A stretch of DNA of 63,983 nt, counting the filler, from Thraustochytrium aureum (lineage: Eukaryota), in the NCBI GenBank assembly GCA_012862495.1. It is 6 parts of 4 records of this genome, joined end to end, with 100 filler letters (N's around TTAATTAATTAA, not from the genome) between each part and the next. Parts side by side here need not be neighbours in the genome. Positions count along the whole stretch, not along the records: positions 38,887 to 59,416 come from BLSG01000097.1; positions 59,517 to 62,795 come from BLSG01000098.1; positions 62,896 to 63,983 come from BLSG01000113.1; 3 more parts are not named here. The stretch is one strand, 5' to 3'. The stretch's first letter is position 1. Every line of letters begins with the position of its first letter. Below are positions 54,105-63,983 of the stretch, piece after piece. The notes under the pieces are model-generated. The model was not told where the DNA came from, did not search any database, and was given only the letters and a program-made list of their open reading frames with translations. The translations under genes and the position numbers were made by a program.

Positions 54105-56970
54105 AGCGAGCGCGTGACACCGCACCATGTCGCGCTGTCGATGCTGATCCACGTACTGGTCAATGGCGGCGGGGCCGAGGGCGACGACAAGGTGCTGCGG
54201 CTGGAGCCGTCCGCACTTCGCGCGCTGCACCTCTTCCTTGTTGGCGCGCTTCGCGCCGTGGATGAGATCGTCGAGCCTGTGCTCGCCGAGACGTGCAGCG
54301 AGCTGGAGGAGATCAGCGGGGGAGGAGAAATCGCAGACTTCCTGCAGCGCGCTTTTCGGCGAATCGACTCTCCCGACGCGCTCTTCGACTTGCTCGAGTC
54401 GCTGCACGAGCTGTTCCTACCACCCTCGGCCCTCGAGGAACGAAGCCACCTGGAAAGGAGCAGTTTGTTTGGCATCTTTGTGCGCCGTGTCCTGCTGTCG
54501 AGCAACCGATCTTTTGAGGCGCTCAGCAGACTCTTTCACGAGATCGGGCTCTACCGGCGAGCAACCACAAACGGGCTCACGATTCCGGGCATAACGCCGC
54601 GACACAAACCACTCAAGCGCAAGATGTCGTTTGAGGGGCTGCAGCGCGAGAGCGGCCTGGCTGATGGCGACAACGACAACAATGCGCCGCCGGCGCTCGC
54701 CAGCGCTAGGACGCGAAGCAAGCCTTCGCAGCTCGCTCCAGGCCAGCAGCGGCGTCGCGGCGCAGGCCCTGTCCGCGCCGCCCGTGCCGGGTCTGCTGCA
54801 CTAGCGCTGAGCAGCACGTTCAAGAGCTTTGTCTCGCGTCGGCAGCTGCAGTACCATCTGCACTGCATGGTGGAGGAGATAGAGTCCAAGATCGGGATTG
54901 CCTCGCCAACCGAGATCGAGGACCAGATCGCAGAGATGCTGGCGGTCTCACCGGACCTGCCCCGAGCACACTTCCTGCGCTATATGAATTGCCTGATGCA
55001 CCGCGAGTACCAGGGCGCGGTGGACAGTTTGCACACCTACTTTGATTATTGTATGCGCAGCGGGGGGCCGGACCTCGCAGGCGGCAATCGCCACCGCGTC
55101 CGCAGCGGCGATGGCCGGCGGCGCCGGCGTGGTTCCAGCTAGCTCAAGCGCCAACAAGCGGCCAATGATGCAGTACGCCGTGCTCAACCTCGCCGCGCTG
55201 CACTTTCGATTCGGTCAGCGCTCCGAGGCCCAAGCCGCCATTCAAGAAACCATCCGGGTCGCGCAAACAAAACAGCGACCATGTCTGCGTCGTCTACGCG
55301 CTGAGCTGGCTCTACCGGCTGGCGTCTGCAAGCGGCGGACAGGAGACGCCTCAGCTGCTTCGTAGGTGCCTTAGCCGCGCAAGGGAGCTTGGCCTCAACC
55401 ATGTGCAGGGCCTCTCGCACCTCGTGACGGCCCAGTTTCGCCTCGTTGCACCAAGCTCGGTTCCCACAGCCATGCCGCCAGCGGTACAGGGCTTCACCGC
55501 GACGCAGGGCGGAGGCCGCTTCGCCCCGGCGCGCGCCGTGTGGCAGTCGCTGGAGCGCGGCGTTGATGCTTCGGCTGGCAGCCTCGGGAGCTACCTGGAA
55601 GCGGTCACGACAGCGATGCAAGGCAGCGCCAGCGCGCGCAGCCGCGGCATCGCGCCGCGACGCAGCCCCAAGACGAGCTGTACGCAACGGGCATGCCCGA
55701 CCAAGCGTCGCGCGCAGCTCTTGCCCAAGCGATCCGGACCGTGAACGCGAGTTTGGCAACGCCGAGCTCGCACCACGCGAGCGCGATGACGATCGCTGGC
55801 CGGGCGCAGCTTTTGCAGAGCGTCGCGTGGGAGACGTACGGCCACGCCTCGCTGTCCTGGCTTGCCTCCCTCGCGCACCTGAGCTATTACAGCGGGCGCA
55901 ATGGCTCGGCGGCCAGTGACACCTGCCTAGCGGTGTGCCGCCTGGCGTGCGCGCAGGCCGACCTTGGGACGCTTTCCAACCTGTGCCCAGGCGCTTACAC
56001 TGTGCCGCGCTCTGAGCGCAACGCCTTCATCGGGGCCCTGCTCCTCCTGCTCGAGGCGAGCAAGACGTACCGGCACCGCGCCAACAACAGCGTCGTCCAG
56101 ACAATGGTCTACCTTTTGCAAGGACGCGCCATCGCGCGCGGCGACGTGCTCGAGTCGCTCATGCTCGGCTCAACGCTGCGGTCGTTGACGCCGCCCAACC
56201 AGTCCGTCTTTGGCATCGGTGGCAGCTCGTTCGACGAGGGCCTGCATGTCAAGGCGCAAGCGCAGTGGATCGACGCGTTGCGCACGATGGGGCGCCTCGG
56301 GGAGGCGCACCTCCTCACGCACGAGCTCCAGTCGCGGTGCGCGGGGCTGAGCCTTCACGCGGTGCAAGAGACGATGGACCTCATGCTGGCCCAGATTTTC
56401 CTCGATTCAGGCTCGTCAGCGGTCTCGGCGCTGCCGTACACGCTTCGGTGCATCTCGCGGACGGAGAAGACGGGCCAGGAAACGCTCTTCAACGCCGCAA
56501 CGGTCAAGCTCGCCACCAACCAGCTCCGCATGGGGCACGTCCACCGCGCGTATGGGCTTTTGGTGCAGGCCCTTCCGCACACGGTGGCGCACGGGACGCT
56601 CCGCTTGCGCGGCGAGCTGCACTTGCTGATGGCCAAGTGCCACTTGGTGTTCTGTGACCAGGACCCCGGCCATGCGGCAGAGTACCTCGACGCGGCTCGG
56701 CAGAGCCTGGAGAAGGCGTACAAGGCAACTGCGGACGCCTGCCTCCAGGCAGAGACGCAGGAGGTGCTGTACCTCCTCTCGAGGGTGCACGACCGACTTG
56801 CGGCAGAGTACTGCGGTGCGGACGAGGAGCTGCGGGCGTTCAATCTCAAGGCGCGCGATGCGGCAGCCAAGCGGTTTATCACGTTGAGGGAGAAGCAGAG
56901 CCGCCCTGTTGTCCGAATCGTAGGGTACATGCAGAACGACGAGATCCTCAAGCAGGTAATTTGCTCGTGA
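54105..56970 (+). CDS. ANAPC5: Anaphase-promoting complex subunit 5; start in a gap; several frameshifts (about 55100, 55270, 55650)
   Basis: VTPHHVALSMLI; SSLFGIFVRR...SFEALSRLF; AHFLRYMNCL..REYQGAVDSLHTYFD; QYAVLNLAALHFRFG...IQETIRVAQ; DHVCVVYALSWL; WETYG; TPR-like C-terminus. Confidence 0.92.
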
Positions 56971-57176
56971 TGGGAGGGCTGCTGGCTGTATTCTCCAGCG
57001 TAGAGTACCGGACGAGGTGCCGCGCGGGGCTCTTACGGCGCGGCGCGAAACGCTGGGTCCTCTTGCAAGGGATTGCGCTGGAAGTGAGTTTGGTACACAG
57101 GCGTTGATTTAGCTCTACTAGCTCCAGAACTCGAGCAGCGCGCTTCCGTTTCGTTTGGTTTTGCTTGCCGACAGAC

Positions 57177-57811
57177 TCACGACAAGATCATTCCGATGCC
57201 CTCCAAGTTGGCCCGTCCGCTGGTCGTGTCTGCAGAGGGTCGGAAGGGGCCCGATTGGTTTTTGGGCGACTGGGGCTCGTGGCCGGTGTATGAACTCATG
57301 TTGACCTTGATGTTGGGCGGGTCGATGCGCTCCGGCTTTTTCAGCGCGCGCAAGCGGGCCTTCTCAGCCCGTGCCAAATCGTATGGGATCCAGCTTTTGC
57401 TCTTGGCGGCGACCTTGGCCCCGCCGCTTTTCTCGCGCACTTCCTTGGCGGCGGCCATGGCGATCTCGCTTGGCGCCTGTCGCAAGGGCCTGCTGTACGT
57501 AGTAGCCGTCTGCGGGGCGGTCACCGTGTGCGTCGAGTGGCTCGTCGATCGGGAGACGAAGGGCTTTGGCACCTTGACCTTGCGCTCCTTCATGCGGTCC
57601 AAATCACGCCCCACTTGTCGGGAGGCATGAAGGCGTCGCCATCGACTTGCCCAAAGTCGACCGTGGCAACCGAGCTCCACGGCGTCCTGTGCTTCTCACC
57701 TTCGTCGCTCCCCAGCGTCGTCTTCCTGAACTTGCCATGCAGTGTCTCCCAGCTCTCCCCGACCTTTCGCGTCACTGTAGCGCGCTTGTCTGGCGCCACG
57801 TACACGGACAT
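57177..57811 (-). CDS. Hypothetical basic protein; frameshift near 57610
   Basis: MSVYVAPDKR...PPDKWG joins RDLDRMKERK...SSYTGHEPQSPKN after a 1-nt correction. Confidence 0.5.
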
Positions 57812-57934
57812 ATTGCCAACCTTGGACCGGCTTCCAAACCGTCGCGCAGTGCCACGCCCGATTGGCCGCCGCCCAGACTGTCGCGCCGCTTGCCTTTCTG
57901 ACGATGGCGTGCCAGCGCTCGCCTGCACGCGTTG

Positions 57935-57962
57935 TCTGCCTGCCTGCCTGCCTGCCTGCCTG
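57935..57962. repeat. (CCTG)n microsatellite
   Basis: ctgcctgcctgcctgcctgcctgcctg. Confidence 0.85.
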
Positions 57963-58829
57963 TGAATGCATGCCATTCTTTCCGTCCGCGCTCAGGCCAG
58001 CTTGGACGCGTCCTTGCCAACGGATCAATTGTATCCTGTCCCATGGCAGCTCAGGGATACTTCGCCTACAACGCAAGACCAGCTAGCGCCCTCAGGACCG
58101 CGTTGAGGTGTGGGCAGGCGCGGGACGGCTGCCCAGCGGGGGATCGGTCGCTCTTTTGGCGTCGTCCTCGTTCACTCCCGCAAGCGCACCCGAAGCGCCG
58201 AGGCGTCCATCCTGCCCTGCACCCGCCCGTGCTNNNNNNNNNNNNNNNNNNNNNNNNNNNNNNNNNNNNNNNNNNNNNNNNNNNNNNNNNNNNNNNNNNN
58301 NNNNNNNNNNNNNNNNNNNNNNNNNNNNNNNNNNNNNNNNNNNNNNNNNNNNNNNNNNNNNNNNNNNNNNNNNNNNNNNNNNNNNNNNNNNNNNNNNNNN
58401 NNNNNNNNNNNNNNNNNNNNNNNNNNNNNNNNNNNNNNNNNNNNNNNNNNNNNNNNNNNNNNNNNNNNNNNNNNNNNNNNNNNNNNNNNNNNNNNNNNNN
58501 NNNNNNNNNNNNNNNNNNNNNNNNNNNNNNNNNNNNNNNNNNNNNNNNNNNNNNNNNNNNNNNNNNNNNNNNNNNNNNNNNNNNNNNNNNNNNNNNNNNN
58601 NNNNNNNNNNNNNNNNNNNNNNNNNNNNNNNNNNNNNNNNNNNNNNNNNNNNNNNNNNNNNNNNNNNNNNNNNNNNNNNNNNNNNNNNNNNNNNNNNNNN
58701 NNNNNNNNNGGTCGCTCGCTGTGCTGGCGTCCCGCAGCCCAGCTGGTTTGCTGAAGGACGGCTCGCGGAGGGCAGGCAGGCAGACAGGCACGGTGTGGGT
58801 TTTCGGGCGCGTGAGCCGACGAGGCGGTC

Positions 58830-59416
58830 ATGAACAGGGTGGCCGGGGGGCGGTATGCCCACCAGAATGCATCGGCGGCGAGGGACTGGGCCGCGGAAAG
58901 GCAAGCGAAGATTAATCGGGCCAAGCAGCTCCGCGAGGAGCGGAAGCGCGGCGCGGCGGACCCCGAGTGCACCTTCGCGCCGCAGAAGGTGAGCCAGTAT
59001 GAGCCGCGGGTCGGGAGCAGCAAGCTTCCGGGCGGGGTTTCAGAGTACTCGCAAGAGTACTTGCGCGACTTTCACTTTACGCCCCGCGAAGAGGAGCAGC
59101 ACGCCCCGCCTGCCGCCCTGCCAGACAGCGGAGGCTTGTACTCGCTGAGCAGGAAGCCGAGCATCACGAGCATGGGCAGCAATGCCAGCAGCGACAGCTT
59201 TGGGCTGCAGCAGCGCCATCCGCCCCACCAGCATGCGAGGCGGCAAAAGAGCTCTAGCGCGGCTAGCGCGGGACAAATGATTGCCTCGCGCTCAAACTCG
59301 TACGGCGATCCGTACCAGGACGCCCAGGGCGCTGGGAATGGATACGCGAGCGGCATCTCGCGCATCCCCGCTCAGGCCGCTCAAGGCTATTACCAGAACC
59401 ACCAGGCCCAGGGCCT
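58830..59416 (+). CDS. N-terminal fragment of a probable microtubule-associated protein, truncated at the contig end
   Basis: WAAERQAKINRAKQLREERK...ECTFAPQ. CTFxP motifs are common in protist cytoskeletal proteins; it could be a kinesin N-terminus, but no motor domain is visible. Confidence 0.5.
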
Positions 59417-59516
59417 NNNNNNNNNNNNNNNNNNNNNNNNNNNNNNNNNNNNNNNNNNNNTTAATTAATTAANNNNNNNNNNNNNNNNNNNNNNNNNNNN
59501 NNNNNNNNNNNNNNNN
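59417..59516. other. Artificial contig spacer
   Basis: 44 N + TTAATTAATTAA + 44 N. Confidence 0.97.
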
Positions 59517-59699
59517 TGCGTGGCTGGCTGCGTGGCTGCTTGGTTGCCTTCCGGCGTGCGCGCGGGCCTGGTGGTCCGGGAGAGGGCTTGCGAGGGCGGG
59601 GCTGGCGCATTTGGCGCTGGCAGAGTCCGTCGCTCGGCTGCCTGCCGCGGAGACGGGCGTGGGCTGCTGCTGCGGGGCGCTTGGTTGGGTGGGACGGCA

Positions 59700-61183
59700 G
59701 GATGCAGGGCGGGCGCAGCGATAGCTCGGTGCTCGGGTGGTGGGGGCAAGGTGGGCAAGCAGGGCGACGAGAGCTCTGGGTATGAGTCTGAGGTGGAGGT
59801 GACCGCGCCGCTCTCGCTGGGGCACAGGCTGGACGAGGCGGTGCACTGGGCGCGCACCGCGTTCGCGGTGTCGATCTCGCTGCCGATCGCCTGGATGACC
59901 TTGCACCCGACGATCGGCGCCTTCCGAGAACGCAAGTTTCGCGTCGTGGAGGCCGGCACGAAGACCGTTGTCGCGCTGCAGCGCAGGTGCAGGCACCCTG
60001 CGCTGGACGTGTACTTTCAGGTGTTTTCTTTCTTTGCGGAGGAGGAGTTTTATCTCTTGCTGCTGCCGTTCCTGATCTGGAACGTGGACCGCGTGCTGGG
60101 ACGCAGGCTGACGCTGCTCGTCACTGTGGGGCTGATGATCGGCAACATCATGAAGGACGTGTTTGGTCTGCCGCGGCCGAGCTCGCCGCCCGTGTGGCGG
60201 CCAAAGCACCAAGAGGCAGTCGATTCGACCAACTTGCAAGACTTTGGGTTTCCGAGCACGCACGCCATGAACGCGTGTCCAACAGCGCGTTCACCTTTCT
60301 GTACCTCACGACGGCTGGGCCGAGCGAGCCGGTCGACCTCGCGGCCATGCTGGCGCCCCCGGCGCACCGCGCGCTTTTGGGCGCCTGCGCGGTCTATGTA
60401 TTCTCGCTGTGCTTTTCGCGGCTCTACCTCGGGGCGCACTCGCCGACCGACTTGCGGGGCGGCATCGCGCTTGGCACGGTCTGGACCGCCGTCTTCTTCG
60501 CGACGAGCGAGACCTTGGACCGGGTCATGCTCTCGAGCACCATGCTGGGCCCAAAGCTCGTCTTGGGTTGCCTCGTGGCGCTGCTGCTCAACCCGCAGCC
60601 GCGGCCGCCGACACCAACGTTTGCGCAAAACGCGCTCATCTGCGGCTTGGTCATGGGCACTTGCCTGGGCTCGCGCCACTACGCCGACCTAGGCGTCCTG
60701 CGCGCTTCTGAGGAGGGCTTTATCGCTGGGGACCTGGCCTTCCCGTCGCGGGGGGTGGTGGCGGCGCGCCGGCTTCTCGAGTCTGCCGGCGTGCTCGAGG
60801 ACAGGCTCGCTGGCGCGATCGTGCGAACAGTGCTCGGCTACGTTGTGGTGCTCGTCTTGCGCGTAGTTGCCAAGGCGGCCTGCACGACTGTTCTCGGCGT
60901 CTTGGGCATTTCTTACAAGCCGCGCCCCGCTTTCAGCGAGGACGAGGACGAGGACGGTGGGCAGCTCGATGCTGGCAAGGCGGCCGTGGAAGAGCGCAAG
61001 CGTCGTAAGCGCGTGCGAGTCGTGCGGCTCTTCACGCGCGACATCGACATCGTTGGGGCCGCCATCGTCAAGGTCTTCACGTACACTGTCCTTGCTTGGG
61101 CGATCACCTTTGTCGTCCCCATTATTCAGTGCGCGCTGGGCCTCGCCCAGTACGAGGGCGACCCGTTCGCGCCAAACGCGTAG
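59700..61183 (+). CDS. PAP2-family lipid phosphate phosphatase, sphingosine-1-phosphate phosphatase-like; start uncertain; frameshift near 60277
   Basis: EEFYLLLLPFLIWNVD; C1 KDVFGLPRP; C2 FGFPSTH; C3 SRLYLGAHSPTD; multiple TMs. Confidence 0.9.
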
Positions 61184-61360
61184 GAATCCACAGGGCAGGC
61201 GGCCAGGCGGGAGGACGAGGGCCGGAGGCTGCGGCACTGCGCTAGCAAGCGGCAAGACACGGAGGAGCAAGCACGCCGTTGGCTCTAAAACAAACACGCC
61301 GTTGGCTCTACTAACGCTCCAAGTGAGGACGAAGGGAAGCAGTGTTGGTGACCTCGGCGG

Positions 61361-61460
61361 CACGCGCTTGTTACTGCCCATGCGGCACGCGCTTGCTACT
61401 GCCAATGCGGCAAGCGCTTGCATCTGCCAATGCGGCACGCGCTTGCTACTGCCAATGCGG
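61361..61460. repeat. 25-bp minisatellite, four copies
   Basis: Consensus cacgcgcttgctactgccaatgcgg, head to tail with no spacers. Confidence 0.92.
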
Positions 61461-62795
61461 AAGAAACAGGTCCTCCCCCGCCGAGGACCCGACAGCAGCC
61501 GGAGTCGGCGACGCAGCCACCACGCCCGACTCGTGGCGCGACGAAGAAGCCTCTTCGGCCCGCAGCGCAAGCTCTTGTACCCGGGCAAGGCACGAGTGCG
61601 CCGAGGCGCGCGAGCCAAGCCCCAGAGTGGGCCGCAGCGCTTGCAAAAAGTTGGTCATCTCGTTTGACGCCACATACAGCTCGTTGAGCTTCGGAAACAC
61701 GCCGTCCATTGAGCGGACGTCAAAGAGCTGCTGAAAGTGGGCTATGCAGCGGTTGACGAGAAGCTCGGGGCGCTCGCGCACGTGATTCTCTGCTGCTCGA
61801 AACGCCTCCTTGCTGTCGAGAATCTCGCCCTCGAGCTGGACGAGGGCACGGACAGCGACAACCATCTGCTCCTCGCTCATGTTCGCGGCAACTTGGTTCG
61901 GGTCGAGGTCGTCCACAGACCCCCCAGAAGCCGCAGGTCGCGGGCCGCGCCGCGCGAGCTCTGCACGCACCTTTTCGCGGAACGCCCGCGCTATGCTTAG
62001 TCGTCGAATGTCCGAAACCCAGCGCTTGAGCTGCGGCAGAACTGTTCGAAGAGCCCGCTCCGGGGCGACGTCCCTTGGGGCGTCGTCCTCGTTGGCGGCC
62101 GCCTCGGCGTCGCTGTGCAGCATCACAAAGCTGGTCACTTGCTTCACAAAGCGCTCCAGCTGCGGCATGGCGCGGACAACCCAGCACATCTTTTGAATCG
62201 CCGGCACGAGCAGGTCTGCGTCAGACAACTCGAGCAACCGGCACACCTCCTGGATGATGTCGTGCGCCGTTGACTTTGGGAGCGCCGTGATGCGCGACAG
62301 GCCAAGCCGATGGTTCAGTTTGTCGCGGCGAATGAGCTCGGCCGTGCTCGTGTTGCGCTCGTTGTCGCTCTGCTCGGCGAGAGCGCGCTTGGCGCGCAGC
62401 TCTACCCGTTCACGAGCAGAGAGGTGGTCCTCTGGGCCCTTGGCGAGAACGCGGCGCCGCGGCACGAAGATGTTGTGGCGGCGCGCCTCGTCGACCTCCT
62501 GCTCCTCGAGGGCCTCCACCGCGGCGAGGACTTGCGCCTCCAGCTTGGCGATACGACGCTGCGCGGCCTTCCAGTCCCGCATGGTAGGCCTCGCCGCGAG
62601 CTCGAGCTTGAGGTTCTCGGCGCTATCCTCCAGGCGCGCCTTGTCCGCGAGCGCGGCGGCGAGCTGACGCTCGAGCTTTACCATTTTTGCGACTACAGCG
62701 CGTTCGCGGCTCTCGAGCGCGGCGTCGGCGGCGCGCTGGTCCATTTCAGCGGCTCGCGCCTTGCGTTCAAGCTCTTGCTCGCGCGTCTCAATCAT
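61446..62795 (-). CDS. CEP70: Centrosomal protein CEP70-like, 5'-truncated
   Basis: Coiled coil, ELAARPT, IIQEVCRLLELSD and C-terminal IAHFQQLFDVRSMDGVFPKLNELY...MTNFLQALR. Confidence 0.85.
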   Translation of the reverse strand: MIETREQELERKARAAEMDQRAADAALESRERAVVAKMVKLERQLAAALADKARLEDSAENLKLELAARPTMRDWKAAQRRIAKLEAQVLAAVEALEEQEVDEARRHNIFVPRRRVLAKGPEDHLSARERVELRAKRALAEQSDNERNTSTAELIRRDKLNHRLGLSRITALPKSTAHDIIQEVCRLLELSDADLLVPAIQKMCWVVRAMPQLERFVKQVTSFVMLHSDAEAAANEDDAPRDVAPERALRTVLPQLKRWVSDIRRLSIARAFREKVRAELARRGPRPAASGGSVDDLDPNQVAANMSEEQMVVAVRALVQLEGEILDSKEAFRAAENHVRERPELLVNRCIAHFQQLFDVRSMDGVFPKLNELYVASNEMTNFLQALRPTLGLGSRASAHSCLARVQELALRAEEASSSRHESGVVAASPTPAAVGSSAGEDLFLPHWQ

Positions 62796-62895
62796 NNNNN
62801 NNNNNNNNNNNNNNNNNNNNNNNNNNNNNNNNNNNNNNNTTAATTAATTAANNNNNNNNNNNNNNNNNNNNNNNNNNNNNNNNNNNNNNNNNNNN
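62796..62895. other. Artificial contig spacer
   Basis: 44 N + TTAATTAATTAA + 44 N. Confidence 0.97.
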
Positions 62896-63298
62896 CAGCC
62901 CGCGGCTGCTGGCGGACGTGCTGGCCTCAACCCCGCTCGACCACAACTTTTGCATCAACACAGACGCCGGGGATCTCGTCTCGTGGGCGCCAGTCGCGCT
63001 CCGCGACGGCGAGCCCGTCCTGCTCCGCGAGGCTGCGCAGGCCTCTGTTCCGGGGCTTTCGATGACGGTCTTTACCAACCAGCCAGGGGTCCAAGTGTAC
63101 ACGGGCAACTTTATGGATGCAAGCGACCCGGTCTGGCTTGGGAAGGGCGGGGCGCGCTACGGCAAGCACGGCGCGGTTTGCTTGGAGACACAGAACTGGC
63201 CCGACGCGATCAACCACGCCAGCTTCCCGACGCCAGTCTTGCGGCCCGGGTCGACCTACCGCCACGTCGTGCTGCACCGATTCTCCGCAGCAAGTTGA
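62896..63298 (+). CDS. GALM: Aldose 1-epimerase (galactose mutarotase), C-terminal fragment
   Basis: LDHNF, TNQPGVQVYTGNF, GKGGARYGKHGAVCLETQNWPDAINH, LRPGSTYRH. Confidence 0.93.
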
Positions 63299-63983
63299 GC
63301 GCCCGTCGCTCGAAGCGCACCGATTTTGCACGCCCCAGGCATTGAAGGATGAGGCGGGCCTGCATCGGAATGCGATTGGCAAGGCAGGCGATACGTTTCA
63401 TGTCGATGCGGAGTCATTTCACACTTGTAGGCTGCATTGCACATGCTCGCGTTGCGTTGCCAGAAGAACAATGCGGGGGGTGGGGGTGGGGTGTGAGGAT
63501 CATGGAAGCCGGGCATCCGCCGACTCTTGGGGTTTGTTTGGCACCATCCAGGCTGTGCGGAGGAACGAGTCCACCTTCAGAGAGCAAGATGCGCGTCAGA
63601 GGGGCGATGCAGGCGAGTCCCGCACAACGGCCTATACCCGTCAGCGCACCCCGGAGCACCCTGTCTATCCGCCGAACCGCCTCTAGGCACACGCACCATA
63701 AACCCGAACTCCCGGCTCGCGCCGCCTCTTCCGCTCCCCGCGGCGCCGCCGGATCAACCAGGCTGCCCGCGACCAGCGCCGCGCTGTGCTTGATTCCTCC
63801 CGAAATCGAGGCAAAGTCCCCTTCTTTCTCACCAAGAAAGAAAAGGTATTTCGATTGAAGGACACAGACAGATGCAGATGCTACCGAGTAAGTAGAGCTG
63901 AAAGGACGCTGGCCGACCACCAGCAGCAGCGAGCTGTACGATTGCCACGAGCGGCAGCGGCAGCAGCAGCAGGGGCAGCAGCA

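Noticed and set aside
61361..61460. 25-bp repeats as a CRISPR array
   Set aside because: Units are head to tail with no unique spacers, there are no cas genes, and the context is eukaryotic.
63414..63983. Minus-strand ORF at the window end
   Set aside because: No recognisable domain and it is truncated; not enough evidence to call.

Overview
This is eukaryotic DNA from a draft assembly, not prokaryotic. It is mostly GC-rich, gene-dense and intron-poor, with short GT-AG introns confirmed in three genes. Centriole, dynactin and APC/C genes plus an AP2 domain point to a flagellated protist; a stramenopile is my guess, not shown. Five artificial 100-bp spacers (44 N + TTAATTAATTAA + 44 N) join six unrelated pieces: 1-24202, 24303-32425, 32526-38786, 38887-59416, 59517-62795 and 62896-63983. 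Neighbourhood arguments only hold within a piece. Many genes carry single-base indels in short homopolymers, most likely sequencing errors. Recognisable genes: Fe/Mn-SOD, DCTN4, FAHD1, CLEC16A/TT9, an NAA40-like GNAT, an AP2-domain protein, a DHHC palmitoyltransferase, an EEF1AKMT4-like methyltransferase, GCN2, a membrane-anchored GNAT, an ankyrin-TRP channel, an SRPBCC protein, HDHD2, a fucosyltransferase, calnexin, RbgA/YlqF, STN1, two SARAF-like genes, APC5, an S1P-phosphatase-like PAP2, CEP70 and GALM. The most unusual items are (1) an Fe/Mn-family SOD with a signal peptide and C-terminal KDEL, i.e. a predicted ER-lumen SOD; (2) a compact TRP channel beside a bacterial-type GNAT in a lower-GC island; (3) a proteobacterial-looking RbgA with no organelle presequence; (4) a surface protein whose single GLG1-type Cys repeat is interrupted by a Lys/Asp/Gly repeat and RRL motifs; (5) a tandem divergent SARAF pair; and (6) dense TGAC/ACGTGAC clusters upstream of genes. 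I found no CRISPR array, tRNA, rRNA or transposon, and no convincing multi-gene novel system. All family calls come from motif recognition by eye; no database search was run.
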